A stretch of 64,000 nucleotides of DNA. Origin: an uncultured delta proteobacterium (GTDB lineage: Bacteria; Desulfobacterota; Desulfobacteria; Desulfobacterales; JAFDCJ01). Under the pieces are notes generated by a model, which was not told the DNA's origin, made no database searches, and saw only the letters and a list, made by a program, of their open reading frames with translations. Shown here one piece after another: positions 54,100 through 63,671 of the stretch. Positions within the stretch are counted from its first letter, which is position 1. Every line of letters begins with the position of its first letter. A program made the position numbers and the translations under genes. The DNA lies in assembly GCA_963769935.1 (NCBI GenBank), contig CAVYNY010000036.1:1-64000 (forward strand), read 5' to 3'.

Positions 54100-54155
54100 A
54101 TCCCCCCCGTAGTTGGAAGTAATGAATTAAGTATCGGCACTAGTTGCCGCTGACT

Positions 54156-55352
54156 TTACCCTTTGGTTGCCAAATATTTATTGTAGGAGATGAAACTGGT
54201 CGGCAGCAAGATAAACCCGCTGGCAGCCAGAATGATGTTATGCGCAACGTATTCCATTAAGGAGCCGAAGATCAGCATCGCCAGTGGGATAGAAATGTTG
54301 CCGACGGATGAGACAAAACCGAATACGCGTCCCATCATTTTGTCCGGCACTTCTTTTTGAATCATGCTCCGAAAGCTGGTTCCGGCAAAGATGATCAAGC
54401 CCCCGATCGCCGGAAATATCATCAGATAAGGCATCAGCATTCTAATGCCCGACATGTGAATGCCGCCGATCAACAGCAGCGACAGACCGATTAGAAAAAC
54501 ACTGCCGAAAAGAATGAGCGCTTCATTGTGTTTTATATTTCGGATACTGATAAACAAAGCTGCGAGCACCGTACCAAGCCCGAAACAGGTCTGTATGAAA
54601 CCGATATTCTCAGCGCCGCCGCCCTTAAGCTCCGTAGCTAGAACCGGAATGACGGCTTCAATGGAGCCCACGAAGAAATGGATTACTCCCACCATTACAA
54701 GAATGATCACCAGACTTTTGCTTCGATACACATACCGGCACCCTTCAAAGATATCATCCACAATTTTAGTTTGACCTGACGCCGATTTTTCGAGTTTGGG
54801 GAGACGGATAAAGCTTTCAAATCCCGCCGAAAACAGATACGACCCGGCATTGAGAACAAATACCGGCAAATACCCCGCCCAGGCCACCATCAATCCACCC
54901 AACACGGGTCCGACAATAGTTGAAATACCGGACACAAACTGGGTCTGGGAATTGGCCCGGGTCAATTGCTCGCGCCGGACGATCTGGGGAATAATGGCCG
55001 GGACGGCAGGGTCAAAAAAGGCCGTGCATACTGAAATTAGAAACTGGACGGCAAGCAGGGCCGGAAAAGACAGGGCGCCCAGGTAGAATAATACCCCCAC
55101 GCCCGCGACGATCAGCCCCCTGGCTATATCCGCACCGACGATAATGGCCTTGCGGCTGTAACGGTCCAGAAACGCACCGCTGATAAATCCTAAGATCATG
55201 CCGGGAAAGACCGAACAAAATAATACAAGTCCCATTTTGGCCGGCGACCCTGTGGTCTTCAGCACCAGGAAGGCCACCGCCAGCATGTGGAATTTGTCCC
55301 CAACCTGCGAGACCAGCTGCCCACTCAAAAGCAAGGCTAAGTTTCTGTTCAC
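54156..55352 (-). CDS. MFS transporter (DHA3/MFS_3-like)
   Basis: GQLVSQVGD, GAFLDRYSRK, QKEVP..MMGRVFG. Confidence 0.9.
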   Translation of the reverse strand: MNRNLALLLSGQLVSQVGDKFHMLAVAFLVLKTTGSPAKMGLVLFCSVFPGMILGFISGAFLDRYSRKAIIVGADIARGLIVAGVGVLFYLGALSFPALLAVQFLISVCTAFFDPAVPAIIPQIVRREQLTRANSQTQFVSGISTIVGPVLGGLMVAWAGYLPVFVLNAGSYLFSAGFESFIRLPKLEKSASGQTKIVDDIFEGCRYVYRSKSLVIILVMVGVIHFFVGSIEAVIPVLATELKGGGAENIGFIQTCFGLGTVLAALFISIRNIKHNEALILFGSVFLIGLSLLLIGGIHMSGIRMLMPYLMIFPAIGGLIIFAGTSFRSMIQKEVPDKMMGRVFGFVSSVGNISIPLAMLIFGSLMEYVAHNIILAASGFILLPTSFISYNKYLATKG

Positions 55353-55417
55353 TAATTTTACCTTTCAGATAGTCAACTGATAATCAAAAACTAATTGCTT
55401 CCAATTGATTTTTAGTA

Positions 55418-55678
55418 TCAATTGGAATTCAATTCCGTCAGCTGGTGGCTGTGGCTGGGGTCCAGGTCCAGTTCGTAAACCTTTTTTAGCTCTTTGATTT
55501 TCTGCAGCGTAGTTTCGTTGAACGGGACCTTGCCGTCAAAGGCATGCAAAACAATGCCTTCAATCAGGTCTCCCAGAGTCATGTCCAGGTATTCAGCCAG
55601 AGCCTTCAACACCTTGACCATACGTTTTTCAATGCGCATGCCGGTTTGCATCCGTACTATTTGCGTTTTATCTTTCAT
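55418..55678 (-). CDS. Small ribbon-helix-helix-like protein
   Basis: RMQTGMRIEKRMVKVLKALAEYLDMTLGDLIEGIV (strand-helix-helix); GGAG RBS. Confidence 0.7.
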   Translation of the reverse strand: MKDKTQIVRMQTGMRIEKRMVKVLKALAEYLDMTLGDLIEGIVLHAFDGKVPFNETTLQKIKELKKVYELDLDPSHSHQLTELNSN

Positions 55679-56013
55679 ATCTGCTCCCGTATAATAATAC
55701 TTTGGTACATTGGTAACTAAAAATCCAAATGCTGTCAATCAAAAAATGTTGGTATTTTTCTTGGCATAGGAGGATCTTCAAAATATCAACTATCCGTAAA
55801 TACATACTTTATTTCGCCTTCGGTCACTAAATCAGGTCGCTGTTGAAAAACTTCTCTCCTGCTCAGTCAATCTGCACTGTAACGAAAATTCTATAGCCTG
55901 GTCTCATATAGTCACGGATGATCTAAGAATAGTGAAATTTTATGCGAAAGGAGGGCTATTATGCGCGTCACGAAACCGAATGACGGTCTGAAAGTTCATG
56001 CGGGCGCCTGAAT

Positions 56014-56196
56014 CTATTCGGCGTTAAGGCAGTTAAAAAACGTTTTGCGGTGGGAAAGCACCGCTCCTTTAGGTTGTCCGGTCGTACCCGAAGTATACAT
56101 AATCACATGCGGCTCTTCCGGAACCGCCGGCGCCAGCAAATCAGAGGGAAAAGGCCACTGACCGCTGTAGGCTTTCACGCCCCCTTGATAATCCAT
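56014..56196 (-). pseudogene. Internal remnant of an acyl-CoA synthetase (AMP-binding) gene
   Basis: IMYTSGTTGQPKGAVLSH signature in a 60-codon fragment. Confidence 0.8.
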
Positions 56197-56259
56197 GATG
56201 TCGCCGCCGGGCGGGCATGCATCGGCGTATAAAATGTGAAGTTATTTTTGAGTGAGCCC

Positions 56260-57564
56260 TTAGTGCATGGCATTGGGTATAATCAAAGCCAGCTGAGGAA
56301 AAAGGACTAGGATCACCATGCTGAGAATACAGGCCAACAAAAAGTAGGAGACGCTTTTAAAGATGGTCCCCAGCTCGATATCGGGTGCCAATGCTTTGAC
56401 AACGTAGATGTTCACCCCCACCGGAGGGGTGATGGCACCCATGGTGGTTACCATGGTGATGATAATGGAGTACCAGATGGGATCGAAACCAAGAGCGACT
56501 CCCAGCGGAAAAAATATCGGGATGGTGAGCACCAGAAACCCCAGTGAATCCATAAAACAGCCCCCGATCAGATAAATGGTCAACACGAGGGCTAAGATAA
56601 CGTAGCGCGACACTGGAAGTGCAGCCGCAAAATCAGCCACAATAAAGGGCAGCCGCGTCACCGCCAGGAAGCGCCCGAATATAATGGCTCCGGCCACCAG
56701 CATAAATACCATGCATGAAATCTTAAGAGTTTCTCCGATGGAATTAATCAATCCTGCCCAGGTCAACCTGCGACTGATGGCGCTGACGACCAGGGTAAAA
56801 AAAACGCCGACCGCCCCGGCCTCGGTAGGGGTAAATAATCCGATATACAGCCCCCCGATCACCAGTGTAAAAATAGTGATTGCCTCCACAACTCCGAAAA
56901 GCGATCTGATTTTTTCGCTCAGACTGGTTTTCGGGCCGGCCGGACCATAGTCCGGATGAAGCCGGCAAATAACAAAAATGGTCACAACGAATAAAAGTCC
57001 CAACAAAATGGCCGGAATGATTCCGGCCAGAAAAAGCTTGACGATGGATTGTTCGGTCTGCAGGCCGATGATAATTAGAACCACGCTGGGCGGCATCACA
57101 GTGCCCAGGGTACCGCCGGTGACCACTGTCCCGCTGCTCAGACGCGTGTCGTAATTGTATTTTTTCATCTGGGGCAGCGCCACTGTTCCCATGGTTGCGG
57201 CCGTGGCTGTGTTGGAACCGCAGATGGCGGCAAAAAGTTCATCGGCTCCAATGGTGGCAATCGCCAGGCCTCCGCGCCAGTGTCCCATCCACTTGTAGGC
57301 GGCGTCGTAGAGCCGCTCGGCAATACCGGCATTGAAGGCCAGGTACCCCATGAGAATGAAAAGCGGGATGACGGTGAGTCCATATTTCGAAAAAGTGGTC
57401 CAAAGATCCGTGGCGATCATATTCAATGCTGCGTTAAAGGACACGACATATGCAAAGCCGCAAAACCCTGTGACTGCCATGGCAAAGCTAACGGGCATTC
57501 CCAAAAAAAACAGGACCAGAAGAAGGGCGATGATCCCTATGATTCCAACAATCGATGGATCCAA
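56260..57564 (-). CDS. dctM: TRAP transporter large permease
   Basis: IPLFILMG, GTLGTVMPPS, FTPTEAG, ITPPVG. Confidence 0.93.
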   Translation of the reverse strand: MDPSIVGIIGIIALLLVLFFLGMPVSFAMAVTGFCGFAYVVSFNAALNMIATDLWTTFSKYGLTVIPLFILMGYLAFNAGIAERLYDAAYKWMGHWRGGLAIATIGADELFAAICGSNTATAATMGTVALPQMKKYNYDTRLSSGTVVTGGTLGTVMPPSVVLIIIGLQTEQSIVKLFLAGIIPAILLGLLFVVTIFVICRLHPDYGPAGPKTSLSEKIRSLFGVVEAITIFTLVIGGLYIGLFTPTEAGAVGVFFTLVVSAISRRLTWAGLINSIGETLKISCMVFMLVAGAIIFGRFLAVTRLPFIVADFAAALPVSRYVILALVLTIYLIGGCFMDSLGFLVLTIPIFFPLGVALGFDPIWYSIIITMVTTMGAITPPVGVNIYVVKALAPDIELGTIFKSVSYFLLACILSMVILVLFPQLALIIPNAMH

Positions 57565-58053
57565 CTAAGTCGCTCCATTTTTGGCAGGAAATAATTTCAA
57601 TAAATCAACCAGCAGTACGAGCGCAATCAGAAAGCAACCGAGGGCCACACCGTAAGTGAAGGGGTAATAGATAATCCTCAGCGTCTCGGTAACTTCACCG
57701 GTTTCCCGAATAGTTGCTGCCCAGCGGGCAATTTGCCAACCGGCAATGCAAAAAAATATCATACAGATAAAATAATTGATCCCGTTGAGAATGGTCTGGG
57801 TTCTCTTGGAAAATCGATTGACCAGGATGTCAACCGAAATATGGACTTTTTTCATCTGAGTATAACCAAGCGCAGAAGCGGTGGCCACCGCACCAAAAAA
57901 GCCCATAAGTTCGAAGGTTCCTTTGATCGGCACCCAGACAAGGCGCGAAAAGATATTGGCACAGGTCATCAGAATCATTGCCATCATAAACGCCCCTGCA
58001 ATCAACAAAAAGGTAACACACAAAACCCGAACTGCTTTCTCCAAAATACTCAT
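57565..58053 (-). CDS. dctQ: TRAP transporter small permease
   Basis: Four TM, HISVDIL. Confidence 0.9.
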   Translation of the reverse strand: MSILEKAVRVLCVTFLLIAGAFMMAMILMTCANIFSRLVWVPIKGTFELMGFFGAVATASALGYTQMKKVHISVDILVNRFSKRTQTILNGINYFICMIFFCIAGWQIARWAATIRETGEVTETLRIIYYPFTYGVALGCFLIALVLLVDLLKLFPAKNGAT

Positions 58054-58272
58054 CTGCGGATCCCGAGATATGCCTAATATTTTTAGTAACCTGAGCCGGA
58101 CAAGCCGCTTGGAGCGAAGTGTGGATTTGTCCGCGTGATGATCTCAATTAATTGAAGAACCCAACCCAAAGTGAACGCTTTATCAAGAAAGCAGAAATTT
58201 GGAGACGGATTACGGAATTTTGACAAACCGCAATCCGTCGGGTGCTTATCGGCGGCTTTTATCGCAAGGCAC

Positions 58273-59295
58273 CTATTTTGAGTATTTTTTAATGAGGGCC
58301 TTGATGTCCGCTACAATGGTCTCGCCCGGCAGGCCTTTGGCTTTGGCATCGGCAACCCATTTGTCGGTGAGCGGCTGCAGCTTGGCATCCCACTTGGCCA
58401 TTTCTGCGGAAGAAAGTTTGATCACCTCGACCCCCTGTTCATCGACCGCCCATTTCATGGCGTTTTTCACGTGGTTGTCCATGTATTCTCCCGTCCACTC
58501 CGATTGCTCCACTTTTAAATCGTCCAGTACCTTCTGGACATCTTCGGGCAGCTTGTTCCAGCTGTCCATGTTCATGATGACTGCAAAGGGATAGATCACC
58601 GTGTCGGTCAGCGTGACATATTTACAGCTCTCAGCAAATTTGAAGTCCTTCATCACTTCAAGCGAGGAGTAAAGTCCCTTTACCACCCCCTTTTGCAGGG
58701 CTTCGACCGTTGCCGGCATCGGCATCCCCACGGGATTGGCGCCCCATGCCGCCAGAATCTGGGCTGCCCCCCCGGACGCTCTCAAATCCAGTCCCTTAAT
58801 ATCTTCCAGGGTTCTGACGGGAACCTTCGACATAATGTTGGTCGGCGCCGTGGCAAACATGGCCAAGACTTTGACCTTGGCAAATTCTTCGGGTTGATAT
58901 TTTGCCCACAGATCCCACAGCACCAGGCTGCCCACGCGCGCATCCGGTATGCCAAGGGGCAGACTGGTGGAATTCGTAACGATAAACCGGCCCGGCTGGT
59001 AGGCCATGCATAAATTACCGATGTCAGCCTGGCCTGCGATCACCCCATCCATCATATTTTTGGCGTCAAGCAGGGTGCTGCCCGGGAAGGTGTTCACCGT
59101 TACTTTGCCATTGGTGCGCGTTTCGACTTCTTTTTTCCAGCGCTCCATCTGAACACAAGGGAAGGTGGGTGCCGGTGGAAAATTGGCATAGCTAAGCTTA
59201 ATTGATTCGGCAGTCGCTGATACCGGCCCCAAGGCGGTGAAACATAAAGTGGCAATAAAAACTGCGACCAAGATAAGTCCTAATTTCTGTTTCAT
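58273..59295 (-). CDS. dctP: TRAP transporter substrate-binding protein
   Basis: Signal peptide; PGRF, LEDIKGLDLR, EALQKGVV, MN.DSW..LP. Confidence 0.92.
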   Translation of the reverse strand: MKQKLGLILVAVFIATLCFTALGPVSATAESIKLSYANFPPAPTFPCVQMERWKKEVETRTNGKVTVNTFPGSTLLDAKNMMDGVIAGQADIGNLCMAYQPGRFIVTNSTSLPLGIPDARVGSLVLWDLWAKYQPEEFAKVKVLAMFATAPTNIMSKVPVRTLEDIKGLDLRASGGAAQILAAWGANPVGMPMPATVEALQKGVVKGLYSSLEVMKDFKFAESCKYVTLTDTVIYPFAVIMNMDSWNKLPEDVQKVLDDLKVEQSEWTGEYMDNHVKNAMKWAVDEQGVEVIKLSSAEMAKWDAKLQPLTDKWVADAKAKGLPGETIVADIKALIKKYSK

Positions 59296-59402
59296 TGTTG
59301 GTTTCTCCTTTTTTTAGGGGTAAAAAGCTTAACGTGACCTCAAGTCGATTTAGTCACCGGGTTAGTTGCGCAAGCTTCAATTCACGGCAGGCGCAGGGGG
59401 TT

Positions 59403-61730
59403 TTATTCCTCTATGATACAAGCGTCAGCGTCTTCTTTGCCCAATTCCCGTCCGCACAAATCCAACCCTTTTTTCTCGCGGAGCGCGGCCAGCACCTTTT
59501 CCGGCGTAATCGGCAAATCCTTGATGCGAACACCGATGGCGTCATAGATGGCATTGGCAACAGCCGGGGCTGTCGGGACGCACCCCGGCTCGCCGATACC
59601 CTTGGCCCCGAACGGTCCGTCCTTGTCATAGGTTTCGAGCACGGGGGCTTCAATGGGCACGGTATCTTTGGCGGTCAGAATTTTGTAGTCCCGGAAATTG
59701 GGATTCATATTTTGGCCTTTTTCCATAATTACCTGTTCGGTCAGGGCATAACCGAGCCCCATCATAACGCCGCCGTACACCTGCCCCTCCAGCAGCATGG
59801 GATTAATTGCTTTTCCCACATCGTGCGCCGCCACATATTTCAGGATTTGGACCTTGCCGGTATCCTGATCCACCTTGACCCGCACGCCATGGGAGCCGAA
59901 GGTATACGTCATGGACATATTACCCTTAAAATCTTTGCCCATATTCTCATTGACGGGATCATAGAAATACTCGGCCATCAACATCTGGCCGCCGTGGCTG
60001 AAGTGCGCTTTTCTAAGGAGTTTGCCGAGCTCGATTCGGTTTTCGGAATTTTCCGTATCGATAATACAGCTGTCGTGCAGCACCAGCCTTTCCAACGGCG
60101 CTTCCAGCTGCTTGGCGCCCATCTCAAGCAGGCGCGCTTTTATTTTTTTTGCTGCACCGAGGGCCGAATTGCCGGCGATAAACGTTGTTCGGCTGGCATG
60201 GGCGCCAACATCCCAGGGGCAGACATCCGTGTCGGAGTGAATGACATGCACACCGTCTACCGGCAGTCCAAGTTCTTCGGCCGTTATTTGGGCGATAACC
60301 GTGTCCGCCCCCTGCCCCATATCGGTGGCGCCGGTAAAAACGTCGACCTTGCCGAAATCATCCATTTTGATAATGGTCCCACAGCCATCCGATTTGTAGA
60401 CCCTGGCACCACCCCCCACGTGAATCAGGGAAGCCATGCCAACCCCTTCCCCCTCCTTTTTTTCGGCATTCCACTGGAGGGTTTCTTTGATCGAATCCAT
60501 GCACTCCTCCAACCCACAGGTAGTAATTCGCAAATCCTGGGGGGAAACATCGCCGGATTTATTGGCGTTAATCCGACGAAACTCAATCGGGTCGATACCC
60601 GCTTTTTCCGCCAGCATATCCATGGTGCATTCGATGGCAAAAGTCGCCTGGGGATTGCCGTAGCCGCGCATGGCCTGGGCATAGGTATTATTGGTATAAA
60701 CACACTTTGCCTCGTAGCGGACATTGGAAACACGATAGAGGGTTGTAATCGGCATCATCATCACCGACGGCGTCGTGGCGCCCCAGGACGTATAAGCACC
60801 ATTGTCCAGAATCATGGATATATCCCTGAAAAGCAGTTTGCCGTCCGCATCGCAGCCCTGTGAAATATAGGTGATCGTCGGCTGGCGGGTAGAGGTGGCG
60901 ATGAATTCCTCGGCCCGGTTAAATTCAATTTTCACCGGCCGGCGCGCGTGAAAAGCAAGCAGAATGGCGATATATTCATACGCATAAGTGTCTAACTTGC
61001 TGCCGAATCCGCCGCCAATGCAGGGTTTGATGACCCTGACCCGTTTATCTTTGAGACCCATCGCCTTGAGGGCCTCTGAGAAATCCTTTTGGGCCAGGGA
61101 CGGAATCTGGGTGTTGGAATAAATCGTAAGATTGTTGGTGGGATCAAACTCGGCAATCGCACCACTGGCACCCATACAGCAGTGCGTAACCCAGGTCGTG
61201 CTGAAGCGGTCTTGCACTACATAGGCTGCCTTTTGCCTGGCAGCATCGACATCACCATAATGCAGTTTCCACGGCATTCGGAGCACATTGGTCTTATGCT
61301 CTTCGTGCACCAGCGGCGCACTTTTCTGCATCGCTTCCTCAGGATCGAAAACACCGGGCAGCGGCTCATAGATCACCTCGATGAGGCTCAGGGCTTCCCG
61401 GGCGATATCGGGATCGGTTGCCGCCACGGCGGCGACTTCATCCCGGTAGGAGCATACCTTGCCAACCTTCAGCGGCCGGTTGTCCTTATAAAACCCCATT
61501 TTTATATCCGGGACATCTTCACCGGTGATAACCGCCCTGACCCCCGGCAGCGACCGGGCTCTGGATGTATCAATTTTAACGATCCGGGCATGCGGAAACT
61601 TGCTGTATAGGATTTTGCCGTAAAGCATTCTCGGAAGTTTCAAGTCCTGGATATACTGAGCGCGACCTGTTGCCTTGTCGACAGCATCTAATTTAGGAAC
61701 TCTCTTTCCGACTGAACATAGATTTTCCAT
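59403..61730 (-). CDS. Xanthine dehydrogenase family molybdopterin-binding subunit
   Basis: IGGGFGSK, MRGYGNPQ, DMGQG, ASRTT, EGQVYGG, AKGIGEP. Confidence 0.93.
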   Translation of the reverse strand: MENLCSVGKRVPKLDAVDKATGRAQYIQDLKLPRMLYGKILYSKFPHARIVKIDTSRARSLPGVRAVITGEDVPDIKMGFYKDNRPLKVGKVCSYRDEVAAVAATDPDIAREALSLIEVIYEPLPGVFDPEEAMQKSAPLVHEEHKTNVLRMPWKLHYGDVDAARQKAAYVVQDRFSTTWVTHCCMGASGAIAEFDPTNNLTIYSNTQIPSLAQKDFSEALKAMGLKDKRVRVIKPCIGGGFGSKLDTYAYEYIAILLAFHARRPVKIEFNRAEEFIATSTRQPTITYISQGCDADGKLLFRDISMILDNGAYTSWGATTPSVMMMPITTLYRVSNVRYEAKCVYTNNTYAQAMRGYGNPQATFAIECTMDMLAEKAGIDPIEFRRINANKSGDVSPQDLRITTCGLEECMDSIKETLQWNAEKKEGEGVGMASLIHVGGGARVYKSDGCGTIIKMDDFGKVDVFTGATDMGQGADTVIAQITAEELGLPVDGVHVIHSDTDVCPWDVGAHASRTTFIAGNSALGAAKKIKARLLEMGAKQLEAPLERLVLHDSCIIDTENSENRIELGKLLRKAHFSHGGQMLMAEYFYDPVNENMGKDFKGNMSMTYTFGSHGVRVKVDQDTGKVQILKYVAAHDVGKAINPMLLEGQVYGGVMMGLGYALTEQVIMEKGQNMNPNFRDYKILTAKDTVPIEAPVLETYDKDGPFGAKGIGEPGCVPTAPAVANAIYDAIGVRIKDLPITPEKVLAALREKKGLDLCGRELGKEDADACIIEE

Positions 61731-61756
61731 CAGGAATTCTCCTTTGAAGACAAAAA

Positions 61757-61890
61757 TATTGAAGATTGAAGATTGTATATTGAATATTTGAGGTCAGCCT
61801 TCGGCAGGTCGATTTTAAATAGATATTTCAAAAAATGACGGAGCGCAACGACCTCCATTAATATTCACTTATCAATTTTCAATATTCAAT
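61757..61890. repeat. MITE-like element with inverted ATTGAAG-type heptamer ends
   Basis: attgaagattgaagattg ... caattttcaatattcaat; inner motif shared with 63480-63506 in opposite orientation. Confidence 0.6.
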
Positions 61891-62410
61891 CCTCTAACGC
61901 CCCATCATGACCATCCCAGGCTGCCATCGGTTTTTCTACTTTCTGGTAGAAACCGCTGACCGACTTTATGGAATCTATAATTTGCACATAGCCGGTGCAG
62001 CGGCACAGATTGCCTGCAATGGCATGTTTTATTTCCTCTTCATCGGCATTGGGATTTTTGTCAAGCAGGGCTTTGGCGGACATGATCATGCCCGGAGAGC
62101 AAAATCCGCATTGGATACCGCCGTTTTCTACAAAGGCCTGTTGTATCGGGTGCAGGGTACCATCGCCGGATGCCAGGCCTTCGATGGTCACCAATTCCTT
62201 GCCGTCGATTTCAGCCGCCAAATAAAGACAGGAATTAACCGCTGCCCCATTGACAATAACGGTGCAGGCGCCGCACTCTCCGCCGCCGCATCCTTCTTTG
62301 GTGCCGGTATAGCCGAGCTCCTCGCGAATCAAATGCAGCAGCGTCCAATGATCCTCCACCGACATCGTCAGCGGATTCCCATTGAAAGTAAAGGATATAT
62401 CTCGTGACAT
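61886..62410 (-). CDS. Xanthine dehydrogenase family 2x[2Fe-2S] subunit
   Basis: GC..GECGAC, QCGFC.PG, NLCRCTGY. Confidence 0.95.
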   Translation of the reverse strand: MSRDISFTFNGNPLTMSVEDHWTLLHLIREELGYTGTKEGCGGGECGACTVIVNGAAVNSCLYLAAEIDGKELVTIEGLASGDGTLHPIQQAFVENGGIQCGFCSPGMIMSAKALLDKNPNADEEEIKHAIAGNLCRCTGYVQIIDSIKSVSGFYQKVEKPMAAWDGHDGALED

Positions 62411-62543
62411 CAACAACATCTCCTTTTCTTGTAAATTAGAGGAGTATGGGAGTATGGGAGAGTTGGAGCATTGTTTTTTTCATTACTCCAGCAATCCATT
62501 ACTCCATCAGGTATCTTCGCATTTGCAGCCTCTTATTAAAAAT

Positions 62544-63431
62544 CTATGAAGGCCCTTTTTGCTTCGCCCGCTGCAATGCGGTCAAACCCATACGTTTGAC
62601 TAAAACCCCGACCATCTCCCGCCGGTACCAGGCAACGCCCCGGATGCTGTCTCTGACTTTCGATTCTTCGGCTGCAATTTTACCGGCCTCGGCCAGGGCG
62701 CTTTCATCGATGTGCCTGCCCACCAGGTGTTTTTCCGCCTGAAGACACCGCAGCGGCGTGGGAGCTGCCACCCCCAGGCAGATGCGGGCTCCGGCACAAG
62801 TTGCCATATCCTCTTGCAGGCTCAGCAAAACGCCGACCCCGAGCATGGGAAGCTCCATCGCCGATCGTCGACCGTGTTTGACATATGCCCCACCGGTGCG
62901 GGGAGCAGGCGGTGGGACCACGAGCTCGGTGAGAATTTCTCCCCGATCCAGATCCGGCTGACCCGGCCCTAAAAAGAATCGACGAAGCTCCGCCGTGCGA
63001 TGGCCTTTGGTGCCATATATATGCGCTTTGGCATCCAGCGCGATCAAAGGAATTGCGCCATCGGCTGAAGGAAGGGCGTTGACCAGATTGCCCCCGATCG
63101 TGGCAACATTTCGAATCTGCACCGAGCCGATGTTGCTGACCGCATCATGGATGATCGGATAGTTTTGCCGTATTATTGCTGAGGTCTCAATGCTGTGGTG
63201 GGTGACAAAGGCGCCGATAAACAGCTCGCCGGTTTCATGGTTCAGAAAAAGGCGATCCTGCGCAACTATGTGCTTCAGGGAGATTAAATAATCCGGCGTC
63301 ATTTTGCCTTCCTTAATTTTCGCCAGTACATCGGTACCCCCGGCAACATATCGAGCCCGTTCGCCATAGGATTCGTGCAGCGAAATCGCTTCGTCAAGCG
63401 TTTTCGGAACGAGGTAAGTAAATTTTCTCAT
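62544..63431 (-). CDS. Xanthine dehydrogenase family FAD-binding subunit (no [4Fe-4S] insert)
   Basis: AGGTD, QIRNVATIGGNL.NA.PSAD. Confidence 0.93.
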   Translation of the reverse strand: MRKFTYLVPKTLDEAISLHESYGERARYVAGGTDVLAKIKEGKMTPDYLISLKHIVAQDRLFLNHETGELFIGAFVTHHSIETSAIIRQNYPIIHDAVSNIGSVQIRNVATIGGNLVNALPSADGAIPLIALDAKAHIYGTKGHRTAELRRFFLGPGQPDLDRGEILTELVVPPPAPRTGGAYVKHGRRSAMELPMLGVGVLLSLQEDMATCAGARICLGVAAPTPLRCLQAEKHLVGRHIDESALAEAGKIAAEESKVRDSIRGVAWYRREMVGVLVKRMGLTALQRAKQKGPS

Positions 63432-63564
63432 AAATACCCCTTTCTTGAAATGAATACTGAACATTGACTATTGAAGATTGATGGAAGTCGCTGCGCTGCG
63501 TCATTTAGATTATAATTACCTTGAAAAGATAGAATTCCTTAATTCGCCATTCGTCATTCCGCAC

Positions 63565-63666
63565 GCCGTGAGCCGTGAGCCGTGAGCCTTGCGCCGTAAA
63601 CCTTCTGCCAAATTCCAGCCCCCGCAACACGCAACACGTAACACGCAACTCGCACCCCGCAACACG
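63565..63666. repeat. 7-bp tandem arrays
   Basis: (ccgtgag)x3 and (cgcaaca)n. Confidence 0.75.
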
Positions 63667-63671
63667 AGACC

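Noticed and set aside
59295..60863. 522-aa plus-strand ORF
   Set aside because: Antisense shadow of the Mo subunit; no motifs or RBS. The same applies to the many shorter antisense ORFs
59403..63431. 4-hydroxybenzoyl-CoA reductase (hcrCAB)
   Set aside because: The FAD subunit lacks the Cys-rich [4Fe-4S] insertion diagnostic of HcrB
49589..63431. Selenocysteine (UGA) recoding
   Set aside because: The ORFs are complete without readthrough; YqeBC relate to a labile Se cofactor, not Sec
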